Positions 1 through 10,129 of a DNA stretch of 64,000 nt are shown one piece after another (the stretch's first letter is position 1; each line of letters opens with the position of its first letter). The stretch comes from Vicinamibacteria bacterium (GTDB lineage: Bacteria > Acidobacteriota > Vicinamibacteria > Marinacidobacterales > Marinacidobacteraceae). A program made the translations under genes and the position numbers. Where the stretch lies: contig CAXXLQ010000001.1 of the NCBI GenBank assembly GCA_963668695.2, positions 64,001 to 128,000 on the forward strand, read 5' to 3'. Below the pieces are notes generated by a model, which saw nothing but the letters and a program-made list of their open reading frames with translations, was not told the origin of the DNA and ran no database searches.

Positions 1-8
1 AACTGGCC

Positions 9-151
9 ACCGGCCTCCGGCCGGCATCGCGCGGGAGCGCGAAACCTGCGGCGATGACGCCGGGCCCGGCCAACGTGAGTGCCACACCACCTTTCTCATG
101 CGGGCGGGGTGAACGGGCGGACCCGATCATGGGGGTTTCTCCCGGTGGGGG
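9..151. repeat. Dispersed REP-like repeat (family D), copy 1
   Basis: Aligns by eye with 57159-57356 (ccggcatcgcgcgggagcgcgaaacc...gccaacgtgag.gcc.caccaccttt...ggacccgatc.tg.gggtttctcccggtggggg). The second copy has a ~55 bp insertion. Confidence 0.8.
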
Positions 152-309
152 CTCTTCGTTCGCGCGACCTTGTCTATGGGCTGCCGACCCGTTTTCGGAC
201 GCCGCTCTCCGCCGTTGCGGCGCCCCCCGGAACGCGTTGGGAAGGGGGGACCAATTCCGGTAAACTGGCCGTTGGTCTTCGAGTCTCCTCGCGCCGAGTT
301 CCGGGTGCC

Positions 310-2796
310 GTGCATCGCCTTTCACTGACTTCCCGCAACGTCTCGGGAGCTGCCGTCGGGTGGCTTTCCTTTCTGCTGGCGGGAGCTTCCCTGGGCGCCG
401 CGGGGACACTCCCCGGGCCTGACGGACCCGCTCCTCCGCCCCCCCCAGATCCGGGGCCAAACCCGGGGCCAAACCCGGGGCCAAACCCGGAGTTTGACCG
501 GCGCGTCCAGGATGATGAGGACGGCTTCGCCCGGGACGATTTCGGGATGCCGAGCCGGGGCGCGGGACGGCTCGCCGAAAACCAGCAGGCGTCCCTCAGT
601 TCGGCCATGGCGGGCCGGATCCTCGGCCCCCCGGCGCCCGCGGCCGGGGAAGCCGTCAGCCGCGACGCCGACGGCCGGGTGACGCTGCGCGCGTTCCGGC
701 TGGCCGAGCCGCTCACCGTGGACGGAGTGCTCGACGACCCGGTGTACGACCAGGTGCCGGCGGCGGGCGGGTTCCTGCAGCAGGAGCCCGACGAGGGTGC
801 TCCGGCGTCGGAGTCCACGCGCGTTTGGGTGCTCTACGACGCGGACAACCTCTACATCGCCGCCGAGCTGGAAGAAGAACATCCGGAGCGCCTGATGGCC
901 AGCGAGATGCGCCGCGACCACCGGAGCATCGGTTGGAACGACAGCTTCCAGATCGTTCTCGACACCTTCTACGATCGGCGGAACGGCTTCTTGTTCCACA
1001 CGAACGCGCTGGGCGCCCTCTTCGACGCCCAGGTAACGGACGAGCGGAACACCAACAGCGACTGGAACACCGTCTGGTGGGTGAAGAGCCAAGTGGTGGA
1101 AGAGGGGTGGACGGTGGAAATCCGGATCCCGTTCCGTTCACTCCGCTACGTCGCCGGCGGACCCCAGCTCTGGGGAATCAATTTCCAGCGCAACATCAAG
1201 CACAAGAACGAGAAGGTGTTCTTCACCCCGACGCCCCAGGCGTACAACCGGGACGGGCTGGTGCGGCTGTCGAACGCGGCGACGCTGGTGGGTCTCGAGG
1301 CCCCGGCCGGCTCGCGGCGGATGGAGCTGAAGCCCTATGCGATCGGCTCCCAGACGCACGCTCCCCTGAGGGACATCAACAACGAGTGGTCCGGCGACAT
1401 CGGCGGCGACTTCAAGTTCGGCGTCACCGACGGGCTCACCGCCGACCTCACCTGGAACACCGACTTCGCGCAGGTCGAAGACGACGAGAGCCAGGTCAAC
1501 CTGAGCCGCTTCAGCCTGTTCTACCCGGAAAAGCGCGAGTTCTTCCTTGAAGGGCAGGGGGTGTTCGACTTCGGAGGCCGGCAGACCCGGGCGTTCGGGG
1601 GTGGCGGGCCGTCCGACGCTCCCATCCCGTTCTTCAGCCGGGCGATCGGCATCTCGGGCGGCAGCTCGGTGCCGATTCTCGGGGGTGCGCGCCTCCACGG
1701 CCGCACCGGCGCCTACACGATGGGCCTCATGAACATCCAGACCGGGGAAACGGCCGGTCTGGACGTGGAGAGCACGAACTTCAGCGCCTTCCGAATGAAG
1801 CGCGACCTCTTTTCGCGCTCCAACATCGGGGTCATCGCCACCCACCGGAACATCAATGCTGACGGTTCGGGATCGAATTCGCTCTACGGGGTGGACGGCA
1901 ACTTCAACCCCAGCGACAACATCCGGATCAACTCCTTCTACATGGCGACGAGCGAGCCGGGAGTCGAAACCGGGCACCAGGCGGCCAGCTACATGGGCCA
2001 ATTCAATTACGACACCGACCTGATCGACCTGACCGCGGAGCGCCTCTACCTGGGTGAGGACTTCAATCCCGGCATGGGTTTTGTCCGCCGGCGGGATTTC
2101 ACGAAGAACGGCGCCAGCTTCCAGTTGTCCCCGCGTCCCCGCGGCATCGAGGCGATCCGGCAGTTCGAGTTGAAGTTCGACGCCAACAACTATGACCGTC
2201 CCGACGGCGAGATGGAGACGCGGAAGTACAAGTTCGAAGGAAAGGCCATCCTCGAGAGTAGCGACCGTCTCATGGTGGATCACACCATGACCGAAGAGCG
2301 CCTGCTCGACGGTTTCGACCTCTCCACCGAGGTCGCGGTTCCCGCCGGCAACTACCGCTTCAACCGTACCGGGCTCCGCCTCTGGCTGGGAACGCACCGT
2401 TCGTTCTCGGGGTACTTCCGTTACGAGTTTGGTGACTTCTTCGGCGGCACCCGCCGGGAGGTGAGCTACTGGGGACGCACCGAGGTGAGCCAGCGGCTGT
2501 CCATGGAGCCGAACATCAGCCTCAACTGGATCGAGGTGCCCGGAGGCGAGGTGCAGGCGCAGGTCAGCAGCCTCCGCGCCACCTACACGGTGTCTCCCCG
2601 CAGTTTCCTGGGCGCGCTCGTCCAGTACAACTCGGCGGCGCAACTGATGTCCGCGAACGTCCGTTTCCGCTGGGAATACTCGCCGGGCAGCGACGTGTTC
2701 GTGGTCTTCAGCACGAACCGCGACGGGGACGACGGTCTCGCCGGGCTGACCGACCGGGCGCTGGTCGTCAAGTTCACCCGGCTGTTCCGGTTCTGA
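310..2796 (+). CDS. CBM9-like + DUF5916 outer-membrane protein, paralog 1
   Basis: ORF 79..2796; GTG 310 precedes a hydrophobic signal-like segment. Motifs DGVLDD, DTFYDRRN, NTDFAQVE, FYPEKREFFLEG, FFSR; C-terminal KFTRLFRF. Start uncertain. Confidence 0.8.
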   Translation: MHRLSLTSRNVSGAAVGWLSFLLAGASLGAAGTLPGPDGPAPPPPPDPGPNPGPNPGPNPEFDRRVQDDEDGFARDDFGMPSRGAGRLAENQQASLSSAMAGRILGPPAPAAGEAVSRDADGRVTLRAFRLAEPLTVDGVLDDPVYDQVPAAGGFLQQEPDEGAPASESTRVWVLYDADNLYIAAELEEEHPERLMASEMRRDHRSIGWNDSFQIVLDTFYDRRNGFLFHTNALGALFDAQVTDERNTNSDWNTVWWVKSQVVEEGWTVEIRIPFRSLRYVAGGPQLWGINFQRNIKHKNEKVFFTPTPQAYNRDGLVRLSNAATLVGLEAPAGSRRMELKPYAIGSQTHAPLRDINNEWSGDIGGDFKFGVTDGLTADLTWNTDFAQVEDDESQVNLSRFSLFYPEKREFFLEGQGVFDFGGRQTRAFGGGGPSDAPIPFFSRAIGISGGSSVPILGGARLHGRTGAYTMGLMNIQTGETAGLDVESTNFSAFRMKRDLFSRSNIGVIATHRNINADGSGSNSLYGVDGNFNPSDNIRINSFYMATSEPGVETGHQAASYMGQFNYDTDLIDLTAERLYLGEDFNPGMGFVRRRDFTKNGASFQLSPRPRGIEAIRQFELKFDANNYDRPDGEMETRKYKFEGKAILESSDRLMVDHTMTEERLLDGFDLSTEVAVPAGNYRFNRTGLRLWLGTHRSFSGYFRYEFGDFFGGTRREVSYWGRTEVSQRLSMEPNISLNWIEVPGGEVQAQVSSLRATYTVSPRSFLGALVQYNSAAQLMSANVRFRWEYSPGSDVFVVFSTNRDGDDGLAGLTDRALVVKFTRLFRF

Positions 2797-2810
2797 CGCG
2801 GGGCTCCGCA

Positions 2811-5102
2811 CTGCCGTACGGGTGGCGTTTCGGCGCGCTCGCCGCCTGTCTGATCTGGGTCCCGGCCGCCGCTATGCCGGTGCCGGGGCAGCCCCCGCCG
2901 GCCCCCGTGATCCACGGTCCCGCGCCGCCGGACCCCCCGGCGATGATCCGGCGGGACGATCAGGGTGGCGCCACCATTCGGGCCGTCCGCCTCCAAGAGC
3001 CGCTCGACTTCGACGGCCGCCTCGATGAAGCCATCTACGAGCAGGTTCCCGGAATCAGCGATTTCATCCAGACCGAGCCGCTCGAAGGAGCACCGGCCAC
3101 CGAAAAGACCGAGGTCTGGGTCTTTTTCGACGACGAGGCGATCTACATCGCCGGACGCTGCTGGGACACCCAACCCCACCGGATCGTGGCCACCGAACTC
3201 CGGCGCGACCACGGGAGCATCTGGCTCAACCAGCACCTGGCCGTCACCTTCGACACCTTCTACGACCGCCGGAACGCCTTCATCTTTTACCTGAACCCCC
3301 TGGGCGGGTTCTTCGACGGCCTCATCACGGACGAACGGAACTTCAACCGCGACTGGACCGCGGTATGGGATTCTCGGACCGCGCGTTTCGAGGGCGGTTG
3401 GACGACCGAACTGCGGTTCCCGTTCAAGACCCTCCGCTACCCCGCCGCGGGCCCACAGGTCTGGGGCATCAACTTCCGCCGGGTCGTCCGCTGGAAGAAC
3501 GAAATCTCCTACCTGACCCGGCTCCCGGCCGCCCTCGGGATCTGGTCGATCACCAAGGTGAGTTCCTATGCGACCCTGGTCGGCCTCGAGGCGCCGCCCA
3601 GCTCCCGGACCATAGAGGTGAAGCCGTACCTCACGGGTGACGCCGCCGGGGCCCAGGTCGAGAGCGGCGTCCTCGACCGGGACTTCGGGGGCGATTTCGG
3701 GGTGGACGCCAAGGTCGGGATCACCAGCGGGCTGACTGCCGATCTGACCTGGAACACCGACTTCGCGCAGGTCGAGGCGGACGCCCAACAGATCAACCTG
3801 ACCCGTTTCAGCCTGTTCTTCCCCGAAAAGCGCGAGTTCTTTCTCGAAGGGCAGGGGCTCTTCGCCTTCGGGACCTCGGAGCGCACCCCGCGCGCCTCGA
3901 GCCGCAGGTTCGGGGCGCCGAGCAGCGTCCCGCTCCTCTTCTTCAGCCGCCGGATCGGAATCGCCGGAAACCAGGTGGCGCCGATTCGTGGCGGCGCCCG
4001 GGTGACGGGAAAACTCGGCGACTTCGGCGTCGGTGCGCTCGCGATCCGTAGCGGCGAGAGCGTCGCCGCGGGCGTCCCGGAAACCGACTTCTCGGTATTC
4101 CGGCTGAAGCGGGACATCCTGAGCCGCAGCACCGTCGGGGTGATGGGCACCTACCGCTCGGGCACCGGAGACGGCCGGGGGAGCAACGCCGCCTACGGGA
4201 TGGACGCGCGTTTCGGGTTGTATGAGAACCTCGACATCCGCAGCTACGCGGCCTGGACGCAGAACGAACACGACGACCGGACCGGCATGAGCTACCGGGG
4301 CCAGCTCGACTACCAGGCCGACCGTTACGGACTCCAATTCGAGCGGCTGGTGGTCGGCGAGGGCTTCGATCCCGGGCTCGGCTTCCTGCCCCGCCGGGAC
4401 TTCCAGCGCAACTACGCGGAGGCGCGCTTCAGTCCCCGGCCGCGCTCGATCTCCTGGCTGCGGAAGATCGGTGGGACCGGCAGTCTCGACTACACCACGG
4501 ACAACGACGGGAATCTGGAAACCCGGATCTTCGCGCTCCGGTCCGACGTCGCGTTGGAGAACGGGGACAGCGCCCAGTTCCAGTTGGCCCGGAACCGGGA
4601 GGTGCTTCACGAGGAATTCCGGCTGGCCGGCGACCTTGCGGTGGCCGCCGGCGCCCACGACTTCGACTACGCCAGCCTCAGCTACCGGGCCGGGCCCCAG
4701 CGGCCGATCTCGGGGACCTTCGCCTATCAGCAGGGCGGGTTCTTCTCGGGGACCCGGCGCGAACTCGCCTGGCGCGGCCGGCTCGAGGTCGTTCCCCACC
4801 TCATCGTCGAGCCCATCATCTCTCTGAACTGGATCGCCCTTCCGGACGGCGATTACAACACCCGGCTGGTCGCTTCGCGAATCAACTACAACCTTTCTCC
4901 CCGGAGCTTTCTTGCCGCGTTCCTCCAGTACAACACCGCCGCGAACAGCCTTTCGACGAATATCAGGTTCCGCTGGGAGTATCAGCCGGGCAGCGACATC
5001 TATCTCGTCTACAACTCGGTCCGCGACACCCTGATGCCCGGCTATCCCGAACTCGACACGCAGGCGTTCATCGTCAAGTTCACGCGTCTCTTCCGCTTCT
5101 GA
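2811..5102 (+). CDS. CBM9-like + DUF5916 outer-membrane protein, paralog 2
   Basis: Same motifs and terminal KFTRLFRF. The in-frame region upstream of ATG 2874 encodes a signal peptide (LPYGWRFGALAACLIWVPAAA), so the start is probably CTG 2811 or CTG 2793. Confidence 0.8.
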   Translation: MPYGWRFGALAACLIWVPAAAMPVPGQPPPAPVIHGPAPPDPPAMIRRDDQGGATIRAVRLQEPLDFDGRLDEAIYEQVPGISDFIQTEPLEGAPATEKTEVWVFFDDEAIYIAGRCWDTQPHRIVATELRRDHGSIWLNQHLAVTFDTFYDRRNAFIFYLNPLGGFFDGLITDERNFNRDWTAVWDSRTARFEGGWTTELRFPFKTLRYPAAGPQVWGINFRRVVRWKNEISYLTRLPAALGIWSITKVSSYATLVGLEAPPSSRTIEVKPYLTGDAAGAQVESGVLDRDFGGDFGVDAKVGITSGLTADLTWNTDFAQVEADAQQINLTRFSLFFPEKREFFLEGQGLFAFGTSERTPRASSRRFGAPSSVPLLFFSRRIGIAGNQVAPIRGGARVTGKLGDFGVGALAIRSGESVAAGVPETDFSVFRLKRDILSRSTVGVMGTYRSGTGDGRGSNAAYGMDARFGLYENLDIRSYAAWTQNEHDDRTGMSYRGQLDYQADRYGLQFERLVVGEGFDPGLGFLPRRDFQRNYAEARFSPRPRSISWLRKIGGTGSLDYTTDNDGNLETRIFALRSDVALENGDSAQFQLARNREVLHEEFRLAGDLAVAAGAHDFDYASLSYRAGPQRPISGTFAYQQGGFFSGTRRELAWRGRLEVVPHLIVEPIISLNWIALPDGDYNTRLVASRINYNLSPRSFLAAFLQYNTAANSLSTNIRFRWEYQPGSDIYLVYNSVRDTLMPGYPELDTQAFIVKFTRLFRF

Positions 5103-5124
5103 CGTTCGCCATAGAGCTCCCGGT

Positions 5125-7458
5125 TTGGCCCGCTCCGCATTCGTTTTTCTCGTCGCGGGCGCCGTCCTGATCGCGCCGGACTTGCTGTGGGGGCAATCCG
5201 GAGACCCCGGGGAGCGCCAGGACGGGCAGCGCTCGGCGCCGGCGCCCACCTTCGCGGTGCGCGGACCCGCTCCCCCCGACCTCCCCGAGATGGTCCGCCG
5301 CGACGAGGCCGGCGGGGCCACCATGCGCGCCACCCGTCTCACCGAGCCGTTCGAACTGGACGGCCGCCTTGACGACGCCATCTACGACCGGGTGCCCGGG
5401 GTGGGCGGTTTCATCCAGGCGCTGCCCCTCGAAGGCGAACCGGCCACCGAGCCGACCGACGTCTGGGTCTTCTACGACGACGAAGCGGTGTACATCGCCG
5501 GCAGGTGCTGGGACAGCCAGCCCCACCGCATGGTGGCGACCGAGATGCGCCGGGACAACTTCGGCATCTTCAACAACGAGAATCTCGCGGTCATCCTGGA
5601 CACCTTCTACGACCGCCGGAACGCCTTCTTCTTCTACATGAACCCGATCGGCGGGTTCTTCGACGGCCTCATCGCGGACGAGAACCCCCCCAACCGGGAC
5701 TGGACCGCGGTCTGGGACTCCCGGGCGGCCCGGTTCGAAAACGGCTGGACCATGGAGATGCGGATCCCGTTCAAGACGTTGCGCTACGCGAGCGGCGGCC
5801 CCCAGGTCTGGGGGATCAACTTCCGCCGCATCGTGCGCTGGAAGAACGAGCTTTCCTTCCTCACCCGGGTCCCCGCGGCCCTCGGACCCCGTGCCATCAC
5901 CAAGATCAGTTCGGCGGGAACGCTCGTCGGCCTGGAGGCGCCCACCAGTTCCCGGACCGTCGAGGTGAAGCCCTACCTCATCGGGGACGCCGCCGGAATC
6001 CGCGCCGACGCCAGCGGGCTGGAACGGGACTACGGCGGCGACTTCGGGGTGGACGCCAAGGTCGGGATCACCAGCGGCCTCATCGCCGACCTCACCTGGA
6101 ACACCGACTTCGCCCAGGTGGAGGCCGATGCCCAGCAGATCAACCTTACCCGCTTCAGCCTCTTCTTTCCCGAGAAGCGGGAGTTCTTCCTCGAAGGGCA
6201 GGGGACCTTCAGCTTCGGCACTTCGAGCCGCAGCCCTCCCGCGGGATCGACGCGCAGCTTCGGCCCGCCCAGCAGCACCCCGGTGCTCTTCTTCAGCCGC
6301 CAGATCGGGATCGCCGGCGGTCAGGTGGTGCCCGTCCTCGGCGGGGGACGGGTGACCGGCAAGCTCGGCGACTTCGGGGTCGGGGCGCTCGCCATCCGCA
6401 CCGGAGGGAACAACGCTGCGGGTGCCCCGGAGACCGACTTCTCGGTCCTGCGGCTGAAGCGGGACATCCTGAACCGCAGCACCGTGGGCGTCATGGGCAC
6501 CTACCGCTCCCACACCGCCAGCGGGCTGGGACGGAACTTCGCCTATGGGATGGACGCCCGCTTCGGGTTCTTCGAAAACCTCACCATCCAGTCCTACGCC
6601 GCCTGGACCCAGAACGAACTCGAGGACGGGACCGGGATGAGCTACCTGGGTCAGCTCGAATACAACGGCGACCGGTACGGGCTGAAGACGGAACGGCTCG
6701 TGGTCGGAGACGGCTTCGATCCCGGCATCGGGTTCCTGCGCCGCCGGGATTTCCAGCGCAACTACGCCGAGGCGCGCTTCAGCCCCCGGCCGCATTCGAT
6801 CTCCTGGCTGCGCCAGATCGGCTGGACCGGCAGTATCGACTACACCACCGACAACGAGGCGGTCCTCGAGACCCGGATCCTCCAACTTCGAACGGAGGTC
6901 GAACTCGAAAACGGGGACCGGCTGAACGTGGACGCCGCCCGGAACCACGAGGTTCTCAGCGAAGAGTTCGTCCTGGACGCTGACGAAGGGATCGGCGTGG
7001 GGGTGGGTCCTTACGACTTCGACCACCTCAGGGTCGCCTACCAGGCGGGGCCGCAGCGTCCCATCTCGGGCAACTTCGCCTACCAGCAGGGGGGCTTCTT
7101 CTCCGGGACGCGCCGCGAGGCAGTGTGGCGCGGACGGGTCGAGGTGACGACGCGCTTCTCCCTCGAGCCCACCCTTTCGATGAACTGGATTGACCTCCCG
7201 ACCGGCGAGTACGACACCAACCTGATCGCGTCCCGGATCAACTACACGCTCTCGCCGCGCAGCTTTCTCGCAGCGTTCCTCCAGTACAACACCGCCGCGA
7301 ACAACCTCTCGACGAACGTCCGCTTCCGTTGGGAGTACGAACCGGGCAGCGACCTCTACGTCGCCTACAACTCGCTGCGGGACACCCTGGCGCCGGGCTA
7401 CCCCGAACTGAACACCCAGTCGTTCATCGTCAAGTTCACGCGTCTCTTCCGGTTCTGA
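5125..7458 (+). CDS. CBM9-like + DUF5916 outer-membrane protein, paralog 3
   Basis: TTG start, signal peptide MARSAFVFLVAGAVLIA, same family motifs, terminal KFTRLFRF. Confidence 0.85.
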   Translation: MARSAFVFLVAGAVLIAPDLLWGQSGDPGERQDGQRSAPAPTFAVRGPAPPDLPEMVRRDEAGGATMRATRLTEPFELDGRLDDAIYDRVPGVGGFIQALPLEGEPATEPTDVWVFYDDEAVYIAGRCWDSQPHRMVATEMRRDNFGIFNNENLAVILDTFYDRRNAFFFYMNPIGGFFDGLIADENPPNRDWTAVWDSRAARFENGWTMEMRIPFKTLRYASGGPQVWGINFRRIVRWKNELSFLTRVPAALGPRAITKISSAGTLVGLEAPTSSRTVEVKPYLIGDAAGIRADASGLERDYGGDFGVDAKVGITSGLIADLTWNTDFAQVEADAQQINLTRFSLFFPEKREFFLEGQGTFSFGTSSRSPPAGSTRSFGPPSSTPVLFFSRQIGIAGGQVVPVLGGGRVTGKLGDFGVGALAIRTGGNNAAGAPETDFSVLRLKRDILNRSTVGVMGTYRSHTASGLGRNFAYGMDARFGFFENLTIQSYAAWTQNELEDGTGMSYLGQLEYNGDRYGLKTERLVVGDGFDPGIGFLRRRDFQRNYAEARFSPRPHSISWLRQIGWTGSIDYTTDNEAVLETRILQLRTEVELENGDRLNVDAARNHEVLSEEFVLDADEGIGVGVGPYDFDHLRVAYQAGPQRPISGNFAYQQGGFFSGTRREAVWRGRVEVTTRFSLEPTLSMNWIDLPTGEYDTNLIASRINYTLSPRSFLAAFLQYNTAANNLSTNVRFRWEYEPGSDLYVAYNSLRDTLAPGYPELNTQSFIVKFTRLFRF

Positions 7459-7487
7459 CAAGCTGTCACTCGCCCGAGTTCTTTCTC

Positions 7488-9818
7488 TTGTTCCGCCCCG
7501 CATTCCGCTCTGTCCTCGCCGGCGCGGCCCTGATCGTTCCGGCCGTCGGTTGGACGCAGTCCGAGGAACTCGCTGACCGGCAGGACGCCCAGGGGTCGGA
7601 GCCGGCGCCCGCCTCCGTGGTGCGCGGCCCCGCGCCGCCCGACCTCCCCGAAATGGTCCGGCGCGACGAGGCCGGCGGCGCCACCATGCGCGCCACCCGC
7701 CTCGAGGGGCCCTTCGATCTCGACGGCCGTCTCGACGACGCCATCTACGACCGCGTGCCCGGCGTGGGCGGGTTCATCCAGGCCGTGCCCCTCGAAGGCG
7801 AGCCGGCGAGCGAGGCGACGGAAGTCTGGGTCTTCTACGACGACGACACCCTCTACGTCGCCGGCCGCTGCTGGGACAGCCAGCCGGACCGGATGGTGGC
7901 GAACGAGATGCGCCGGGACCACTTCGGCATCCACAACAACGAGAACCTGGCGGTCATCCTGGACACCTTCTACGACCGCCGGAACGCGTTCTTCTTCTAC
8001 CTGAATCCGATCGGCGGGTTCTTCGACGGCCTCATCACGAACGAGTTGAACGTGAACCGCGACTGGACCGCGGTCTGGGACTCGCGGGCGGCCCGGTTCG
8101 AAAACGGCTGGACGATGGAGATGGCGATCCCGTTCAAGACCCTGCGCTACGCCGGCGGCGGTCCCCAAGTCTGGGGGATCAACTTCCGCCGCATCGTGCG
8201 CTGGAAGAACGAGATGTCCTATCTGACCGGGGTTCCCGCCGCCCTCGGGCCCCGGGCGATCACCAAGATCAGCTCGGCGGGAACCCTGGTGGGGGTCGAA
8301 GCGCCGGCCAGTTCCCGTACTGTGGAAGTCAAGCCGTACCTTATCGGTGACGGCGCCGGTTCCCGCACCGGCAGCGGCTCGCTCGAAAGGGAGTACGGCG
8401 GCGACTACGGGGTGGATGCCAAGGTCGGGATCACCAGCGGGCTCACCGCCGACCTCACCTGGAACACCGATTTCGCCCAGGTGGAGGCGGATGCCCAGCA
8501 AATCAACCTCACCCGTTTCAGCCTCTTCTTCCCCGAAAAGCGGGAGTTCTTTCTGGAGGGGCAGGGGATCTTCAGCTTCGGCACCGCGTCGCGGGCGCCG
8601 CCGTCCGGATCCACGCGCTTCGGCCAGCCAAGCAGCACTCCGGTGCTCTTCTTCAGCCGTCAGGTCGGGATTGCCGGCGGCCAAGCAGTGCCGATCCTGG
8701 GTGGCGGGCGGGTGACCGGAAAGCTCGGCGACTACAGCGTCGGAGCGCTCGCGATCCGCAGCGGCGCGAGCAGCGTCGCGGGCGCCCCGGAGACCGATTT
8801 CTCGGTCCTGCGGCTGACGCGCGACATCCTGAACCGCAGCACGGTGGGCGTGATCGGGACCTACCGCTCAAACACCGCCAGCGGGCTGGGGCGGAACCTT
8901 GCCTGGGGGATGGACGCCCGGTTCGGATTCTTTGAGAATCTCGACATCCAGACCTACGCCGCCTGGACACAGAACGAACTCGAAGACAAGACCGGAATCA
9001 GCTATCTGGGCCAGCTCGACTACAACGGTGACCGGTACGGGCTCAAGGCCGAACGGCTCGCGGTCGGGGACGGATTCGATCCCGGGATCGGGTTCCTGCG
9101 CCGCCGGGACTTCCGGCGCAACTACGCCGAGGCCCGCTTCAGCCCCCGGCCGCACTCGATCTCCTGGCTCCGCAAGATCGGCTGGACCGGCAGCATCGAC
9201 TACACCACCGATAACGTAGGGAATCTCGAGACCCGGATCTTCTCGTTGCGCACCAACGTCGAACTCGAAAACGGGGACCGGTTGAATCTGAACGCCGCCC
9301 GGAACCGGGAGGTCCTGAGCGAAGAGTTCCTGCTGGATGCGGACGAAGGGATCGGCGTGGGGGTGGGCGCCTACGACTTCGACCACGTCCGCGTCAGCTA
9401 CCAGGCGGGGCCGCAGCGCCGGATCTCGGGGAACTTCGCCTATCAGCAGGGGGGCTTCTTCTCCGGGACCCGCCGGGAGGCGGCGTGGCGCGGACGCGTG
9501 GAACTCACGACGCGCTTCTCCCTCGAGCCCGCCGTTTCGCTGAACCGGATCGCGCTCCCGACGGGCGACTACAACACCGGCCTGCTCGCGTCCCGGATCA
9601 ACTACACGCTCTCGCCCCGCAGCTTCCTCGCGGCTTATTTCCAGTACAACACCGCCGCGAACAGCCTCTCGACGAACATCCGTTTCCGCTGGGAGTACGA
9701 GCCGGGGAGCGACTTCTTCGTCGTCTACAACTCGCTGCGGGACACGCTCGTGCCCGGGTATCCCGAGTTGAACACGCAGTCACTCATCGCCAAGTTCACG
9801 CGGCTCTTCCGGTTCTGA
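7488..9818 (+). CDS. CBM9-like + DUF5916 outer-membrane protein, paralog 4
   Basis: TTG 7488 gives an N-terminus (xFRPAFRSVLAGAALIVPAVGWTQ) aligning with paralogs 3 and 5; terminal KFTRLFRF. Confidence 0.85.
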   Translation: MFRPAFRSVLAGAALIVPAVGWTQSEELADRQDAQGSEPAPASVVRGPAPPDLPEMVRRDEAGGATMRATRLEGPFDLDGRLDDAIYDRVPGVGGFIQAVPLEGEPASEATEVWVFYDDDTLYVAGRCWDSQPDRMVANEMRRDHFGIHNNENLAVILDTFYDRRNAFFFYLNPIGGFFDGLITNELNVNRDWTAVWDSRAARFENGWTMEMAIPFKTLRYAGGGPQVWGINFRRIVRWKNEMSYLTGVPAALGPRAITKISSAGTLVGVEAPASSRTVEVKPYLIGDGAGSRTGSGSLEREYGGDYGVDAKVGITSGLTADLTWNTDFAQVEADAQQINLTRFSLFFPEKREFFLEGQGIFSFGTASRAPPSGSTRFGQPSSTPVLFFSRQVGIAGGQAVPILGGGRVTGKLGDYSVGALAIRSGASSVAGAPETDFSVLRLTRDILNRSTVGVIGTYRSNTASGLGRNLAWGMDARFGFFENLDIQTYAAWTQNELEDKTGISYLGQLDYNGDRYGLKAERLAVGDGFDPGIGFLRRRDFRRNYAEARFSPRPHSISWLRKIGWTGSIDYTTDNVGNLETRIFSLRTNVELENGDRLNLNAARNREVLSEEFLLDADEGIGVGVGAYDFDHVRVSYQAGPQRRISGNFAYQQGGFFSGTRREAAWRGRVELTTRFSLEPAVSLNRIALPTGDYNTGLLASRINYTLSPRSFLAAYFQYNTAANSLSTNIRFRWEYEPGSDFFVVYNSLRDTLVPGYPELNTQSLIAKFTRLFRF

Positions 9819-9855
9819 AGGGCGCCGCGAAACCGCGCGTCGCCGGTGGAGAGAA

Positions 9856-10081
9856 AGCGCGGGGACGGCCGGGAACGCCGGTCTTCAGACCGGCACAGCG
9901 GCCCCGAGGGCCGCGGCGGTGAGGAAGCCAACCGTTGAAGTGGTTCCCGTCTCGGCACGTACCCCCAACAGTTAAGACGACCTGGCAAGACGGCCTGGCA
10001 GGCACGGGAGCCCCCACCGGGAGGACTGGGCCGACCTCCGGCCGGTTCTCCCGGTGCTCACGCCACTTTGTCCACAGGCCG
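9856..10081. repeat. Repeat fragments: family D palindrome (ccggtcttcagaccgg) plus right end of a family A element
   Basis: aagcgcggggacggc.gggaacgccggt matches ~57137-57165; cccccaccgggaggactgg near 10011; end cactttgtccacaggccg resembles the family A terminal repeat. Confidence 0.65.
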
Positions 10082-10129
10082 CTGACGCGGATCCCGGCGT
10101 AGAGTTCCGCGACCTTCCGATTTCCCGTC